From contig JAUCBJ010008074.1 of assembly GCA_032718475.1 (NCBI GenBank), positions 19,127 through 83,126 of the forward strand: 64,000 nt of DNA. The letters are read 5' to 3'. The notes beneath the pieces are model-generated. The model did no database searches, had not been told where the DNA came from, and saw only the letters and a list, made by a program, of their open reading frames with translations. Positions 40,965-55,120 of the stretch are shown here, in pieces. The DNA comes from Nemertoderma westbladi (lineage: Eukaryota; Animalia; Xenacoelomorpha). The stretch's first letter is position 1. The number at the start of each line of letters is the position of its first letter. Position numbers and translations under genes: made by a program.

Positions 40965-43480
40965 GGTTGATTGTGGCTGAGATATTTGTCACTTGTGATG
41001 CATCAGTTTTAAACGGGTTGGTTTCTCTCCGTTGGGTTGTCTGGGTTCCTTTAGAAACATGGTTCGTTTCTCCTCTTTGCTTGGCTTCAATCCGAAAGGG
41101 GAGGGTGGTGAAGTCAAAGTTCGCGGGGATGTGGAGGGGTGTGTGATGACGTAGGTCGTTACAGACCGCACAGCACGATCTTTGGTCACAATCCCGAACG
41201 TAGTGACCTGTTCCAAGACACCGGAAGCATCCTCGGTGTTTCATTATCGCCTCGAAGCGTGGGACGAGTTCGGCGAACTGGAACTTCCTGCAGAATTCCA
41301 CTTTATGTTTCTCTCCACAGAAGAGACAGAGAAGGGAGTTTGTGATGCCTTCCCTCTCGGGTGCCCAATTCGCAAGGTAACACGCCCATTCCTCGGCTGA
41401 TGTCGGTTCTTCGTAGTCTTCGTCATCGGAATCCTCGGCCATGGTGATGGCCATCGTACTCACCGGAGGGGGACGGAATCTCGGTTTCTGAGTGGGCGTC
41501 TTACTCCTGGAGTTGCTTTCTATTCCGTCTAACTTGGCCGATATCGTCCAGGAATGCTGACATTTCGAGGAAGCTGGGATCTCGATCTGGGTGTCTGCGC
41601 CGGAGATCTACGCATTTATATGCCCACTTACTTTGTAGCCATCCGGGGAACTTCCGGGCGATCTGTCGGAGGTTTAGAATGTTGTTTACTTGTTCCTCCT
41701 TATTTAATGGTTTTAGAGTGTAGTAGGCATCCTTCATCGAATCTGAGAATTCTTGGATATTCTGTGGGTCCCCTAGGGATCCCGCTTCCTGTATCAGTTT
41801 CTCGAGAGTTTTATTAATTATAGTCCCGATATTTCCGTATCTTTTATCTAGAGTTTTCCATGCGTCATAGTATGCCTCATGAGCTCCTCCCTCGAAGCAT
41901 GCGATAATCCGGCGTGGTTTGTCGCCCAGGTATTGGGATAAATATACTAACGTTTTTGTGCATCGGCTATGTCCGTTGATCCAATCTGCGCGAAAAACCG
42001 TTTCTTGAATCTGAGGTAATTGACGGGATCTCCTTCGAAGGTGCGGATCTCCATCTTGGGCATGGCCAGTCGGTTCTCTAATGCCCGGATAATGCCAACG
42101 TCGTCTGAACCGGAATGACTAGGAGGGTTATAATTATCGGCACTCTCTCCCATACACGATGGATCGATGATAGGTGGAGTTTTAATGATGACGCGGCTAC
42201 GGATTTGTGGTGTGGATGTAAACGGGTTGTTGGATCGGGGAGTAGCGATCCGTTCCGAGTCCTTTTCAGGCTCATACTTGGGGACGCTCGGGATTAGCTG
42301 GGATATAAGGTTCCTCATTCTTCAGCGTAACCAGTGGGGGATGGAATACCGGTGCTTGTGCCGATAACGTAGACTGTATGATAGGCGGGAGCTCGGGTTT
42401 TGGGGGTTTCACCGTCGGTGTCGTTAATGACTTCTCTAATTCTGGTATCGGTATTGGTTCATAGTTCTGATCTATATCCCTTTCCCAGTCCTCGTATAGT
42501 TGAATATCTCGTTCTATAAGTGCGGCTTCGTATTCCGCGAGTTTCGCAATATCCGCATTCTTTTTGTGTATGAGGATCGCTTGGGCCTCGGCGTGTTGTT
42601 TACGCATTTCTGCTTCTCATTTATGTTGTTCGATCTCTTGTTGGGCCTCTCGTCCACGTTGTTCAGCTTCCTGTTCACGTTGTTCGGCCTGCCGTTGGGC
42701 TTCCTGTTCACGTTGTTCGGCCTGCCGTTTGGCTTCCTGTTCACGTTGTTCGGCCTGCCGTTTGGCCTCTCGGCTATGTTGTTCAGCTTCCTGTTCACGT
42801 TGTTCGGCCTGCCGTTTGGCCGCTTGCTCGGCCTCTTGTTTTTGCATTTCGGCGGCTAATACATCTTGCTCGGTTCGCAGTTGAACATACTCATCTTCCA
42901 TCCGAGCTTTGAGGGCTAATGCCTTCTGTTCTCGTAGCTGATCTCGGAGTGGCTGACCCCCTTGAGAACTGCGCGCTGAGCCGGATATCTCGGTCCTAGC
43001 GCTGGAGTGCTGGTGTCTTGAGGACCCCGTTCTCTTTCGATGAATTGTGGTCCTGGTGTTGGAGGTTCGCACTGATTCTGCGTCTGTTCTTTCAGCTCTC
43101 TTGTAGTACTGTTCCTCGTAGCCTCTCACGAGGCTGAGGGTCCTCCGGTGTTGTTTGCGGAATTCGTCTAGGCGTGCAACGTGTTCTTCCAATTTGGGGT
43201 AGTTTACCTGGTCGGTGGCGGGGATGAGTTCTCGGTACGCCTGTATCATTCTCTCATATCGTTGTAAGATACTTCGGATATTCTGAAGCTGAGTTTGTAT
43301 CTCGTTGAGGGGGGTTTCGACTCCCTTGAGTTGTTTCTCTATACGTTGATACACTCGAGTGACTCCGCCTTTGAGAGCACCTAGTCGACGGGCCATGTTA
43401 TTGACGTTCGGTACCTCGTCGGCTTCCGAGTCTGTGTGGTGATCCATCTCATCGGTATCGGATACGTTATTCGTCGTCAT
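40965..43480 (-). pseudogene. gag: Element 2 gag, broken by several frameshifts/stops
   Basis: ORF pieces 42617-43480, 42272-42607, 41947-42318 (MPKMEIRTFEGDP), 41501-41737 and 40965-41463 with three Zn knuckles (CLFC..H..C, CFRCLGTGHYVRDC, CAVC..HH). Confidence 0.88.
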
Positions 43481-43668
43481 TGTAGCGCCTTGTCGATAGC
43501 TAGATGTGCGATGTCGTAAAATAGTTCCTCGTAGGTATTGTACTCAGCCTGGACCACCCGAACGGTAATCCTGAATCGTCCGACGTTCGTTCCTTGTACT
43601 TCAACCTCGACATGCCAGATTCCTGGCTCAACTTGGATTATATCAATGGGTGTGATCGATACTTCCAT
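43477..43668 (-). CDS. Small upstream ORF (63 aa) whose stop overlaps the gag ATG
   Basis: ATGA overlap at 43477-43480; non-repetitive sequence. Confidence 0.35.
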   Translation of the reverse strand: MEVSITPIDIIQVEPGIWHVEVEVQGTNVGRFRITVRVVQAEYNTYEELFYDIAHLAIDKALQ

Positions 43669-43876
43669 TCCCTGTTAACAACTCTCCAAATATGTGATCT
43701 GCCGACTACGAGTTGGTTAGATCGAGTTTGTTGATTAATTAAACCACGACTTTGTCTTAACTCAAATACCAGAGTTTCCTCTTAGTGGGTGCTGGTAAGC
43801 ACGGAGAGAGTTTGAAGAGTATTGTAGGATTCCCAACTTCCACCAGTTGAAGTTGGCCGCGTTTTATTCTCAATTT

Positions 43877-45368
43877 TGTTGCCGTTATTCCCGACACCAT
43901 GGGGGAAAAACGCCGATGCTGGAGGCGGAACTTTACAGACCACGGAATCCCGGCCAGTCACCGGATATTGATTGTGGAGAAGGAATAATTTCTTAGATGC
44001 AAGATTGCGGTTGAGAAAAAGCTGCATTGGTTGGATATATTCTTTAATGTAGTTAATCTCACTGAACCCTGATTGAGAATAAATTGGGCTTCCCCAAACC
44101 AATATACACCAAATTATTCACAATAATAATACACGACAATATAAATCCCTACAGTAAATTATTTAATTACCCACTGTTCGCTCAGATTTTAGCCTAACTA
44201 ATGTTCCCCAGATTTTCCCTTGGTCCTAGTCTTGGTGCCGTAGTGTCGGTGTCGGTCGACCCTGTCGCGTGTCCATCCCACCCCTCACGAACCCCGAAGG
44301 GAACGATCATCGAGAACCAGTATGGCTTGGCTAAGGGTTGGTCCAGTCGGTAGACTCTGTCGCGTATCCGTACCACCCCTCTCGAGCCCCGAAGGGATCG
44401 GTCATCGAGAACCAGTACGGCTTGGCTAGGAGTCTGTCGTGTCGGTGGACCCGTTCGCGTGTCCGTCCCACCCCTCACGAGCCCCGAAGGGAACGATCAT
44501 TGAGAACCAGTACGGCTTGGCTAGGGGTCCGTCGGTTCATCGCAGAGACCCAACCACCTAGGCTTTCCGAGTCCTTATTCAGGCTCGTAGTCGCTTCGGC
44601 GGCCGAGAAACTGCTCCGAACAGTCGGTAGGCCAGTAGAGTCCAGTCCTCTGTCTTTTGACCCCGTCGCGTGTCCGTCCCACCCCTCACGAACCCCGAAG
44701 GGAACGATCATCGAGAACCAGTACGGCTTGGCTAAGGGGTCTGTCATCGGTTCCCGTCGCAAATCCCTGGCACAAGCAGCAGACTTTCTGATGTCCTTTT
44801 CAGGCTCGTAATAACTGCTGTTGACCAGAGACTGCTAAGGGCAGTCCTCGTCAAACCCTTCCTCTGTTAGTCGGCCGCCCTTTCGCGTGTCCGTCCCACC
44901 CCTCGCGAACCCCGAAGGGATCGGTCATCGAGAACCAGTACGGCTTGGCTAAGGGGGCTGTCGTTTCCCGTCGCAAATCCCTGACACAAGCAGCAGACTT
45001 TCCGATGTCCTTTTCAGGCTCGTAATAACTGCTGTTGGCCAGGGACCGCTAAGGGCAGTCCTTGTCCTTTAGACCTAGCGAGTTACCAAATCCACCTCTA
45101 CAGGCAGCAGGAAGTTGGCTAGGCCTAATAGTAGTCAGGTAAACCTGAATACTGCTTAACTTTGCCTCCCACCCCTGGCCCTTATAAATATGAAATGAGT
45201 CCCGTACCCTGTAAGTCGCCCCAATATTCGCCCAAAAATCGCCCCCAGTTCATAGAGTGTGCCCAAAACCCGTGGTCCCGCACCCAGTAGTGATATCGGA
45301 ATAATCATTTTAAATAAATACAAAAAAATATTCAACTCGCGTTATGAAAAGTTGAAGTACCGCGAACA
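43877..45368 (-). repeat. 5' LTR of element 2 (~1.5 kb) with expanded internal ~70-95 bp repeats
   Basis: Homologous to 30314-31617; about five copies of the CCCACCCCTC..CCCCGAAGGGA unit versus two. Confidence 0.9.
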
Positions 45369-48300
45369 TTCCCATTTACTTACTGTAACTTCCCACTTAT
45401 TTACTGTAACTTCCCACTCAATTACCGTAACTTCCAACTTACTTACTGTAACTTCCCACTTACTTACTGTAACTTCCCACTTACTTACTGTAACTTCCCA
45501 CTTACTTACTGTAACTTCCCACTTACTTACTGTAACTTCCCACTTAATTACCGTAACTTCCCACTTCCTTACTGTAACTTCCCACTTACTTACTGTAACT
45601 TCCCACTTACTTACTGTAACTTCCCACTTACTTACTGTAACTTCCCACTTACTTACTGTAACTTCCCACTTACTTACTGTAACTTCCCACTTACTTACTG
45701 TAACTTCCCACTTACTTACTGTAACTTCCCACTTACTTACTGTAACTTCCCACTTACTTACTGTAACTTCCCACTTACTTACTGTAACTTCCCACTTACT
45801 TACTGTAACTTCCCACTTAATTACCGTAACTTCCCACTTCCTTACTGTAACTTCCCACTTACTTACTGTAACTTCCCACTTACTTACTGTAACTTCCCAC
45901 TTACTTACTGTAACTTCCCACTTACTTACTGTAACTTCCCACTTAATTACCGTAACTTCCCACTCAATTACCGTAACTTCCCCCTTCCTTACTGTAACTT
46001 CCAACTTACTTACTGTAACTTCCCACTTACTTACTGTAACTTCCCACTTACTTACTGTAACTTCCCACTTACTTACTGTAACTTCCCCCTTACTTACTGT
46101 AACTTCCCACTTCCTTACTGTAACTTCCCCCTTCCTTACTGTAACTTCCCACTTACTTAATGTAACTTCCCACTTACTTACTGTAACTTCCCACTTACTT
46201 ACTGTAACTTCCCACGTAATTACCGTAACTTCCCACTTTCTTACTGTAACTTCCCACTTTCTTACTGTAACTTCCCACTTACTTAATGTAACTTCCCACT
46301 TACTTACTGTAACTTCCCACTTACTTACTGTAACTTCCCACTTACATACTGTGTAACTTCACCTATTACTTACTGTAACTTCCCACTTACTTACTGTAAC
46401 TTCCCACTTACTTACTGTAACTTCCCACTTACTTACTGTAACTTCCCACTTACTTACTGTAACTTCCCACTTACTTACTGTAACTTCCCACTTAATTACC
46501 GTAACTTCCCACTTCCTTACTGTAACTTCCCACTTCCTTACTGTAACTTCCCCCTTCCTTACTGTAACTTCCCACTTACTTAATGTAACTTCCCACTTAC
46601 TTACTGTAACTTCCCACTTACTTACTGTAACTTCCCACGTAATTACCGTAACTTCCCACTTTCTTACTGTAACTTCCCACTTACTTACTGTAACTTCCCA
46701 CTTAATTACCGTAACTTCCCACTTCCTTACTGTAACTTCCCACTTCCTTACTGTAACTTCCCCCTTCCTTACTGTAACTTCCCACTTACTTAATGTAACT
46801 TCCCACTTACTTACTGTAACTTCCCACTTACTTACTGTAACTTCCCACGTAATTACCGTAACTTCCCACTTTCTTACTGTAACTTCCCACTTACTTAATG
46901 TAACTTCCCACTTACTTACTGTAACTTCCCACTTACTTACTGTAACTTCCCACTTACTTACTGTAACTTCCCACTTAATTACCGTAACTTCCCACTTCCT
47001 TACTGTAACTTCCCACTTCCTTACTGTAACTTCCCCCTTCCTTACTGTAACTTCCCACTTTACTTAATGTAACTTCCCACTTACTTACTGTAACTTCCCA
47101 CTTACTTACTGTAACTTCCCACGTAATTACCGTAACTTCCCACTTTCTTACTGTAACTTCCCACTTACTTAATGTAACTTCCCACTTACTTACTGTAACT
47201 TCCCACTTACTTACTGTAACTTCCCACTTACTTACTGTAACTTCCCACTTACTTACTGTAACTTCCCACTTAATTACCGTAACTTCCCACTTCCTTACTG
47301 TAACTTCCCACTTCCTTACTGTAACTTCCCCCTTCCTTACTGTAACTTCCCACTTACTTACTGTAACTTCCCACTTACTTACTGTAACTTCCCACGTAAT
47401 TACCGTAACTTCCCACTTTCTTACTGTAACTTCCCACTTACTTAATGTAACTTCCCACTTACTTACTGTAACTTCCCACTTACTTACTGTAACTTCCCAC
47501 GTAATTACCGTAACTTCCCACTTTCTTACTGTAACTTCCACCTTCCTTACTGTAACTTCCCACTTACTTACTGTAACTTCCCACTTACTTACTGTAACTT
47601 CCCACTTACTTACTGTAACTTCCCACTTACTTACTGTAACTTCCCACTTACTTACTGTAACTTCCCTCTTACATACTGTATAACTTCCCACTTACTTACT
47701 GTAACTTCCCAATTACTTACTTTAACTTCCCCCTTACTTACTGTATAACTTCCCCACTTACTTACTGTAACTTCCCACTTACTTACTGTAACTTCCCAAT
47801 TACTTACTGTAACTTCCCACTTACATGCTGTATAACTTCCCACGTACTTACTGTAATTTCCCACTTACATACTGTATAACTTCCCACTTACTTACTGTAA
47901 CTTCCCACTTACTTACTGTAACTTCCCAATTACTTACTTTAACTTCCCCCTTACTTACTGTATAACTTCCCACTTACTTACTGTAACTTCCCACTTACTT
48001 ACTGTAACTTCCCACTTAATTACCGTAACTTCCCACTTACTTACTGTAACTTCCCACCTACTTACTGTAACTTCCCACTTACTTACTGTAACTTCCCAAT
48101 TACTTACTTTAACTCCCCCATTACTTACTGTATAACTTCCCACTTACTTACTGTAACTTCCCACTTACTTACTGTAACTTCCCACTTAATTACCGTAACT
48201 TCCCACTTACTTAATGTAACTTCCCACTTACGTACTGTAACTTCCCACTTACTTACTGTAACTTCCCACTTACTTAATGTAACTTCCCACTTACTTACTG

Positions 48301-48557
48301 TAACTTCCCACTTACTTACTGTAACTTCCCACTTACTTAATGTAACTTCCACCTTCCTTACTGTAACTTCCCACTTACTTACTGTAACTTCCCACTTACT
48401 TACTGTAACTTCCCACTTAATTACCGTAACTTCCCACTTCCTTACTGTAACTTCCCACTTCCTTACTGTAACTTCCCCCTTCCTTACTGTAACTTCCCAC
48501 TCACTTAATGTAACTTCCCACTTACTTACTGTAACTTCCCACTTACTTACTGCAACT
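45369..48557. repeat. 21-bp satellite, main array
   Basis: Directly visible. Confidence 0.97.
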
Positions 48558-49752
48558 TCAGTTTGCATTTCTCCAGTCTGCTGCTACTATGGATGGCGAA
48601 ATGTCTGAAAGAGAAAACCTTCCGCCGTTACCTTGATTTTAATCCAGCTGAAACTTGGCATATATGTAGGCCTACTAGAAAACTGGCTGCTTCTTTGTGA
48701 GACGGTACTCCATCTACACTTCTACAGTTTGCCGCTAGAGCTCGATATGACTGAAAGAGAAAACCATATCTGATCTTTGTTATCCGTTCAAACTGAACCT
48801 TAGCAGATATACATGCTAGACCATAGAACATTATTTCGAGTTGACACTTAACATGTGAAAGTTTATGTGACGTGCTGCGCGAAGATCTTATTTCGTGTAT
48901 TTGATGCATCTTCTTTTGAACCTGTGACATTCATTCACATTAGTTTATTGTTTTGGTTAGATTGGTGCCAGTGTAAATTGTTCCCTTCCCTTTAACGATA
49001 ATTAACAATATTAATTCGCCGAGACGAAAATACACGCTTATTATGCTTTCATACCAAATTTCAAAAACCTTTTACAGCCATTGATTATGTGATAATGACG
49101 TTGAATTGAGTCCCATGGTCAGAGCAATAATTATAACAAGTTTCAGAAAATAAGCCTACTTGTTGGAAAGTAAAGTTTTGAATAATTTTTTAGTATTAAG
49201 TTTCAGGTATTAACTGTTTTATTTATAAAATAAACCCACCCCCGACATAGAAAACTTAATACAGAAAAGTAAACTTTTTTGTAACTTAATAATGATTTAG
49301 CTGCATAAAGTAATATCTCAGTAAATCTTTTAGTTTTATACTTGAACATCATAAGTTATCCCATCTTATTTTATGAATTTGATTGGTTACTGTGTTGTAA
49401 TTCAAACTTCCTCTACACACACATCGCATTCGAGTGGGCGCCGGATTAGTATTTGCTATGGCGTAGATGTGAGACCAACATATTAGGATAGCCGCCTACA
49501 CTGTAATTGGTTTATATGTTTGTGTATTTGTGTGCCTAAATAACTGTCGTGGTTGTATAGTATAACGTCTAAATTTGGTAGTAAAGTTCCATTAAAAAAT
49601 TAAAAGTTGAAATGAACTAACTGTATGTTCTTCGATAAGAAAAATGTATCGTAAAGAATATCCCTTTGTCACTAATTTTAATTAACTGAAATTTAATTAC
49701 TACGTACGAGTTAAGTTTTGCATAAGTTGGCTAAGTCTAACGCATAAATAAA

Positions 49753-49903
49753 GATTATATTATCACACATAGACACATAATGTAAGAAGTCTAACACGTA
49801 AGATTATATCATCACACATAGACACATAATGTAAGTCTAACACGTAAGATTATATCATCACACATAGACACATAATGTAAGAAGTCTAACACGTAAGATT
49901 ATA
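49753..49903. repeat. ~46-49-bp satellite, left part
   Basis: GATTATATCATCACACATAGACACATAATGTAAG(AAG)TCTAACACGTAA units. Confidence 0.9.
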
Positions 49904-51370
49904 TATATATTATTTATTAAGCCAACATTATGGCACCAGTAAAATAAGAAAATAACGATCATATAAATTAAAGCACGATTAATTGTTAAAAATATACTAA
50001 GGGTAGAGATACTTATACCTAGATATTATAATGAAATATTATAAAATATTGAGAGCGCTTAAAATATTTATTTGGCCCAATCGTTAAGAGATTTATTGTT
50101 ATTTCGGCAACTAGTAAGGTGATATATATCGGCTGTATCCCCGCAAAGCTGGCAACTGCAATTTTCATCAGGTTCGTGGAAATCTTTTCTGGAACAGATC
50201 GCAAAGTGAAAGCCATGGACAGAGAAACGCGTTAATACGTGGCGATTTCGTTTATTTGAATCTGTCCAAGTTCGGTTTGTCAATGCAGGAGAACTCCAAA
50301 ATTCAGTGTGTATATCAGCGCATTTTAAATCAATATCTTGTAAATATTTGCGATACGCGTCTGTTTCCGGTAATTCTAAAGACGTGATAATTTGAACAAT
50401 AAGCGGCTTTTCTTGGCATAAGGCGAGCGTAAGTCGGTTCTTAGCCGTTTTATGCAGGCAAGCAACCCTTTTGAGGTAGGTTGACTTAATCTTGTCAAGG
50501 GAATGAAAGTTGGTAGTTGACAGCAATGGCCAAAGTTCTACGAAACCGTATGTTATGATAGGATAGATCTTCAATTGGAAAAGAGCAACAGCTGTACGAA
50601 GGGACAAGAGCTGAGGGGACTTGATACTATGACTAGCCATTAAGGATTTGCAAACAATTTCAGTTACATGTTTGGTTAAAACCAGCGACGGATGAAATAG
50701 AACTCCTAGGTATTTATATGAATTTGTGATATTAACTGGCTTTCCTCTGAAAGTAAAAGAGTCATTGGCACATAATTTTCCGCCTTGGCGGAATTTCATT
50801 ATTTGTGTTTTCTTCAAATTTATTTCTAAACAGTTTTTGTAACACCATTCATTTAGAGCATCAAGAGTAGCTTGGATAGCCATTTTCGAATCTGAATATA
50901 TCAGCAGGTCGTCGGCAAATAGCATTATGACAATTTCGCCAATTAGAAGAGTTGCGTTTTTTATGAAGTCGACTAAATCCAGTATAAATAATAGAAATAG
51001 GAATGGGCTGAGGGAATCTCCCTGAAGAACTCCTTTAAGCTGTTCTATCGTCCGGCTTTTCCTTAGACCATCGTAAACCCGAATGTAATTTGCACCCAGT
51101 ATTGCTTTTATAATTCTAAGAAGTTTTCCGCGGATACCGAATGACGATTCTAATTTAGACAATAGGATAGATCGGGGCACAGAATCGAAAGCTTTTCGAA
51201 AATCGACGAAAAGAGCATAAAGTGGCTTCTTTGGGGTTGATAAATTCGATCTTATTCTAGAAATAAATTTTGCTAAAGGGATTTTGGTTGATTTCCCGGG
51301 CATAAATCCGAATTGCTCGGAAGGAATCAGAAAAGACAGTAGATTTCGCAGTCTCCTCTCCACGAGATGT
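49904..51370 (-). mobile_element. 5'-truncated LINE (RTE-X-like; RT plus C-terminal Zn finger)
   Basis: QFGFMPGKST, FVDFRKAFDSV, GVLQGDSLSP, LFADDL, YKYLG; CQLC..H..C; AATAAA and (TA)n tail; the N-terminus of the listed ORF is satellite-derived; clade call tentative. Confidence 0.85.
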
Positions 51371-53738
51371 GTAAGATTATGTAAGATTTGTAAGATTATA
51401 TCATCACACATAGACACATAATGTAAGAAGTCTATCACGTAAGATTATATCATCACACATAGACACATAATGCAAGTCTAACACGTAAGATTATATCATC
51501 ACACATAGACACATAATGTAAGAAGTCTAACACGTAAGATTATATCATCACACATAGACACATAATGTAAGAAGTCTAACACGTAAGATTATAATCACAC
51601 ATAGACACATAATGTAAGAAGTCTATCACGTAAGATTATATCATCACACATAGACACATAATGTAAGTCTAACACGTAAGATTATATCATCACACATAGA
51701 CACATAATGTAAGTCTATCACGTAAGATTATATAATCACACATAGACACATAATGTAAGAAATCTAACACGTAAGATTATAATCACACATAGACACATAA
51801 TGTAAGAAGTCTAACACGTAAGATTATATCATCACACATAGACACATAATGTAAGTCTAACACGTAAGATTATAATCACACATGGACACATAATGTAAGA
51901 AGTCTATCACGTAAGATTATATCATCACACATAGACACATAATGTAAGAAGTCTAACACGTAAGATTATAATCACACATAGACACATACTGTAAGAAGTC
52001 TAACACGTAAGATTATATCATCACACATAGACACATAATGTAAGAAGTCTAACACGTAAGATTATATCATCACACTTAGACACATAATGTAAGAAGTCTA
52101 ACACGTAAGATTATATCATCACACATAGACACATAATGTAAGAAGTCTAACACGTAAGATTATATCATCACACATAGACACATAATGTAAGAAGTCTAAC
52201 ACGTAAGATTATATCATCACACATAGACACATAATGTAAGAAGTCTAACACGTAAGATAATATAATCACACATAGACACATAATGTAAGTCTAACACGTA
52301 AGATTATATCATCACACATAGACACATAATGTAAGAAGTCTAACACGTAAGATTATATCATCACACATAGACACATAATGTAAGAAGTCTAACACGTAAG
52401 ATTATATCATCACACATAGACACATAATGTAAGTCTAACACGTAAGATTATATCATCACACATAGACACATAATGTAAGTATATCATCACACATAGACAC
52501 ATAATGTAAGAAGTCTAACACGTAAGATTATATCATCACACATAGACACATAATGTAAGTCTAACACGTAAGATTATAATCACACATAGACACATAATGT
52601 AAGTCTATCACGTAAGATTATATCATCACACATAGACACATACTGTAAGTCTAACACGTAAGATTATATCATCACACATAGACACATAATGTAAGTATAT
52701 AATCACACATAGACACATAATGTAAGAAGTCTAACACGTAAGATTATATCATCACACATAGACACATAATGTAAGTCTATCACGTAAGATTATATAATCA
52801 CACATAGACACATAATGTAAGTCTAACACGTAAGATTATATCATCACACATAGACACATAATGTAAGAAGTCTAACACGTAAGATTATATCATCACACAT
52901 AGACACATAATGTAAGAAATCTAACACGTAAGATTACATCATCACACATAGACACATAATGTAAGTCTAACACGTAAGATTATATCATCACACATAGACA
53001 CATAATGTAAGTATATCATCACACATAGACACATAATGTAAGAAGTCTAACACGTAAGATTATATCATCACACATAGACACATAATGTAAGAAGTCTAAC
53101 ACGTAAGATTATATCATCACACATAGACACATAATGTAAGAAGTCTAACACGTAAGATAATATAATCACACATAGACACATAATGTAAGTCTAACACGTA
53201 AGATTATATCATCACACATAGACACATAATGTAAGAAGTCTAACACGTAAGATTATATCATCACACATAGACACATAATGTAAGTCTAACACGTAAGATT
53301 ATATCATCACACATAGACACATAATGTAAGAAGTCTAACACGTAAGATTATATCATCACACATAGACACATAATGTAAGTCTAACACGTAAGATTATATC
53401 ATCACACATAGACACATAATGTAAGAAGTCTAACACGTAAGATTATATCATCACACATAGACACATAATGTAAGAAGTCTAACACGTAAGATTATATCAT
53501 CACACATAGACACATAATGTAAGAAGTCTAACACGTAAGATTATATCATCACACATAGACACATAATGTAAGTCTAACACGTAAGATTATAATCACACAT
53601 AGACACATAATGTAAGTCTATCACGTAAGATTATATCATCACACATGGACACATAATGTAAGTCTAACACGTAAGATTATATCATCACACATGGACACAT
53701 AATGTAAAGAACACGTAAGATTATATAATCACACATAG
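51371..53738. repeat. ~46-49-bp satellite, main array
   Basis: Directly visible. Confidence 0.97.
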
Positions 53739-54614
53739 AAGGATGGGCATTACTATGTAACGCCAACCGGAATTCGAGTTGTAGAGTGGGGTTTGGGCAA
53801 CTAAAAGCCCGCATCAGGCTGCCAAGACACCGAAGGAACGCCTGAGTAGAGATAGGGAGGCTCCGAAATAACCATTTTTGGTGGTGATGAGAACTGCACA
53901 CAGATAATTGCATTAATTTATCTAGAGTATACATAAATGGGTTTTAATACGAGCAGTACGGTACCGGAATTTGATGAGTCAAAGTGAGATTTATCCTCAA
54001 TGGTTAGAACAAAAGGCACTATCGCATGCAAATTAGATGAATGTCAGAGGTAAGGCCACCCATGGGATGCAATGATGAAAGCTAATCTACATGAATATGG
54101 GGTAACATTTATATAGAATAACAACAGAGAATATTATCTACATGAGCAGTTAGCGATGTAGGCCAACTGACTGACTGATGACATGATTACTAGAACAAAG
54201 AGTCCCACTGAATTCATAAAACTTTGGAAAGCCCAGGGGTGTAATAAATCGACAGGTACAGTATAAACAACATACTATTACGTCAACGATAGAAGCCGTA
54301 TATATCGGTTATTATCCAAGACGCTTATTATAAATTATAGGCAATAATTACAAAGTTATGTGGGCGTAATAAATGAGGCATTACACATTCAACTCATTAT
54401 ACAGTAGATACAGAAATAGTCGGTATATTATCAGTCCGAGGAAGGTTGTACAATTCAGCAAATACTCGCCCCTGTTGATAGCTACTGGGAAAGGAGGCTG
54501 ATGTCCTGGTCCAGGACATCCCGAAAACATTTATTTTAAATATTACAACGCGTTGTTCACATGTTCAGTCAGACTCGTCAGGAGTAAATATTTCAGAACC
54601 ACAGTTAATATTAA

Positions 54615-55120
54615 CAATGTAGGCCTACATATAGTCCAAATGTATAATAATGTAGGCCTACATATAGTCCAAATGTATAATAATGTAGGCCTACATATAG
54701 TCCAAATGTATAATAATGTAGGCCTACATATAGTCCAAATGTATAATAATGTAGGCCTACATATAGTCCAAATGTATAATAATGTAGGCCTACATATAGT
54801 CCAAATGTATAATAATGTAGGCCTACATATAGTCCAAATGTATAATAATGTAGGCCTACATATAGTCCAAATGTATAATAATGTACATGTAGTCTAAATG
54901 TAGTCTACATGTGTCTACATGTAGTCCAAATGTATAATAATGTAGGCCTACATATAGTCCAAATGTATAATAATGTAGGCCTACATATAGTCCAAATGTA
55001 TAATAATGTACATGTAGTCTAAATGTAGTCTACATGTGTCTACATGTAGTCCAAATGTATAATAATGTAGGCCTACATATAGTCCAAATGTATAATAATG
55101 TAGGCCTACATATAGTCCAA
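54615..55120. repeat. 33-bp satellite (AATGTAGGCCTACATATAGTCCAAATGTATAAT), left part
   Basis: Directly visible. Confidence 0.95.

Larger units (their letters stand above)
30314..45368 (-). mobile_element. Bel/Pao LTR retrotransposon, element 2 (degenerate, RTE-interrupted), with extra ORF3
   Basis: Homologous LTRs at both ends (TGTT...AACA); PPT next to the 3' LTR at 31620-31626; gag-pol fragments. Confidence 0.92.

Noticed and set aside
43820-43876. Primer-binding site of element 2
   Set aside because: A TGG-starting stretch lies ~30 nt from the LTR but I could not match it to a tRNA 3' end
45259-48568. TVTSHLL / KWEVTVS repeat ORFs
   Set aside because: Translations of the 21-bp satellite
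48560-48930. 100-aa minus-strand ORF
   Set aside because: No recognisable motif or splice support
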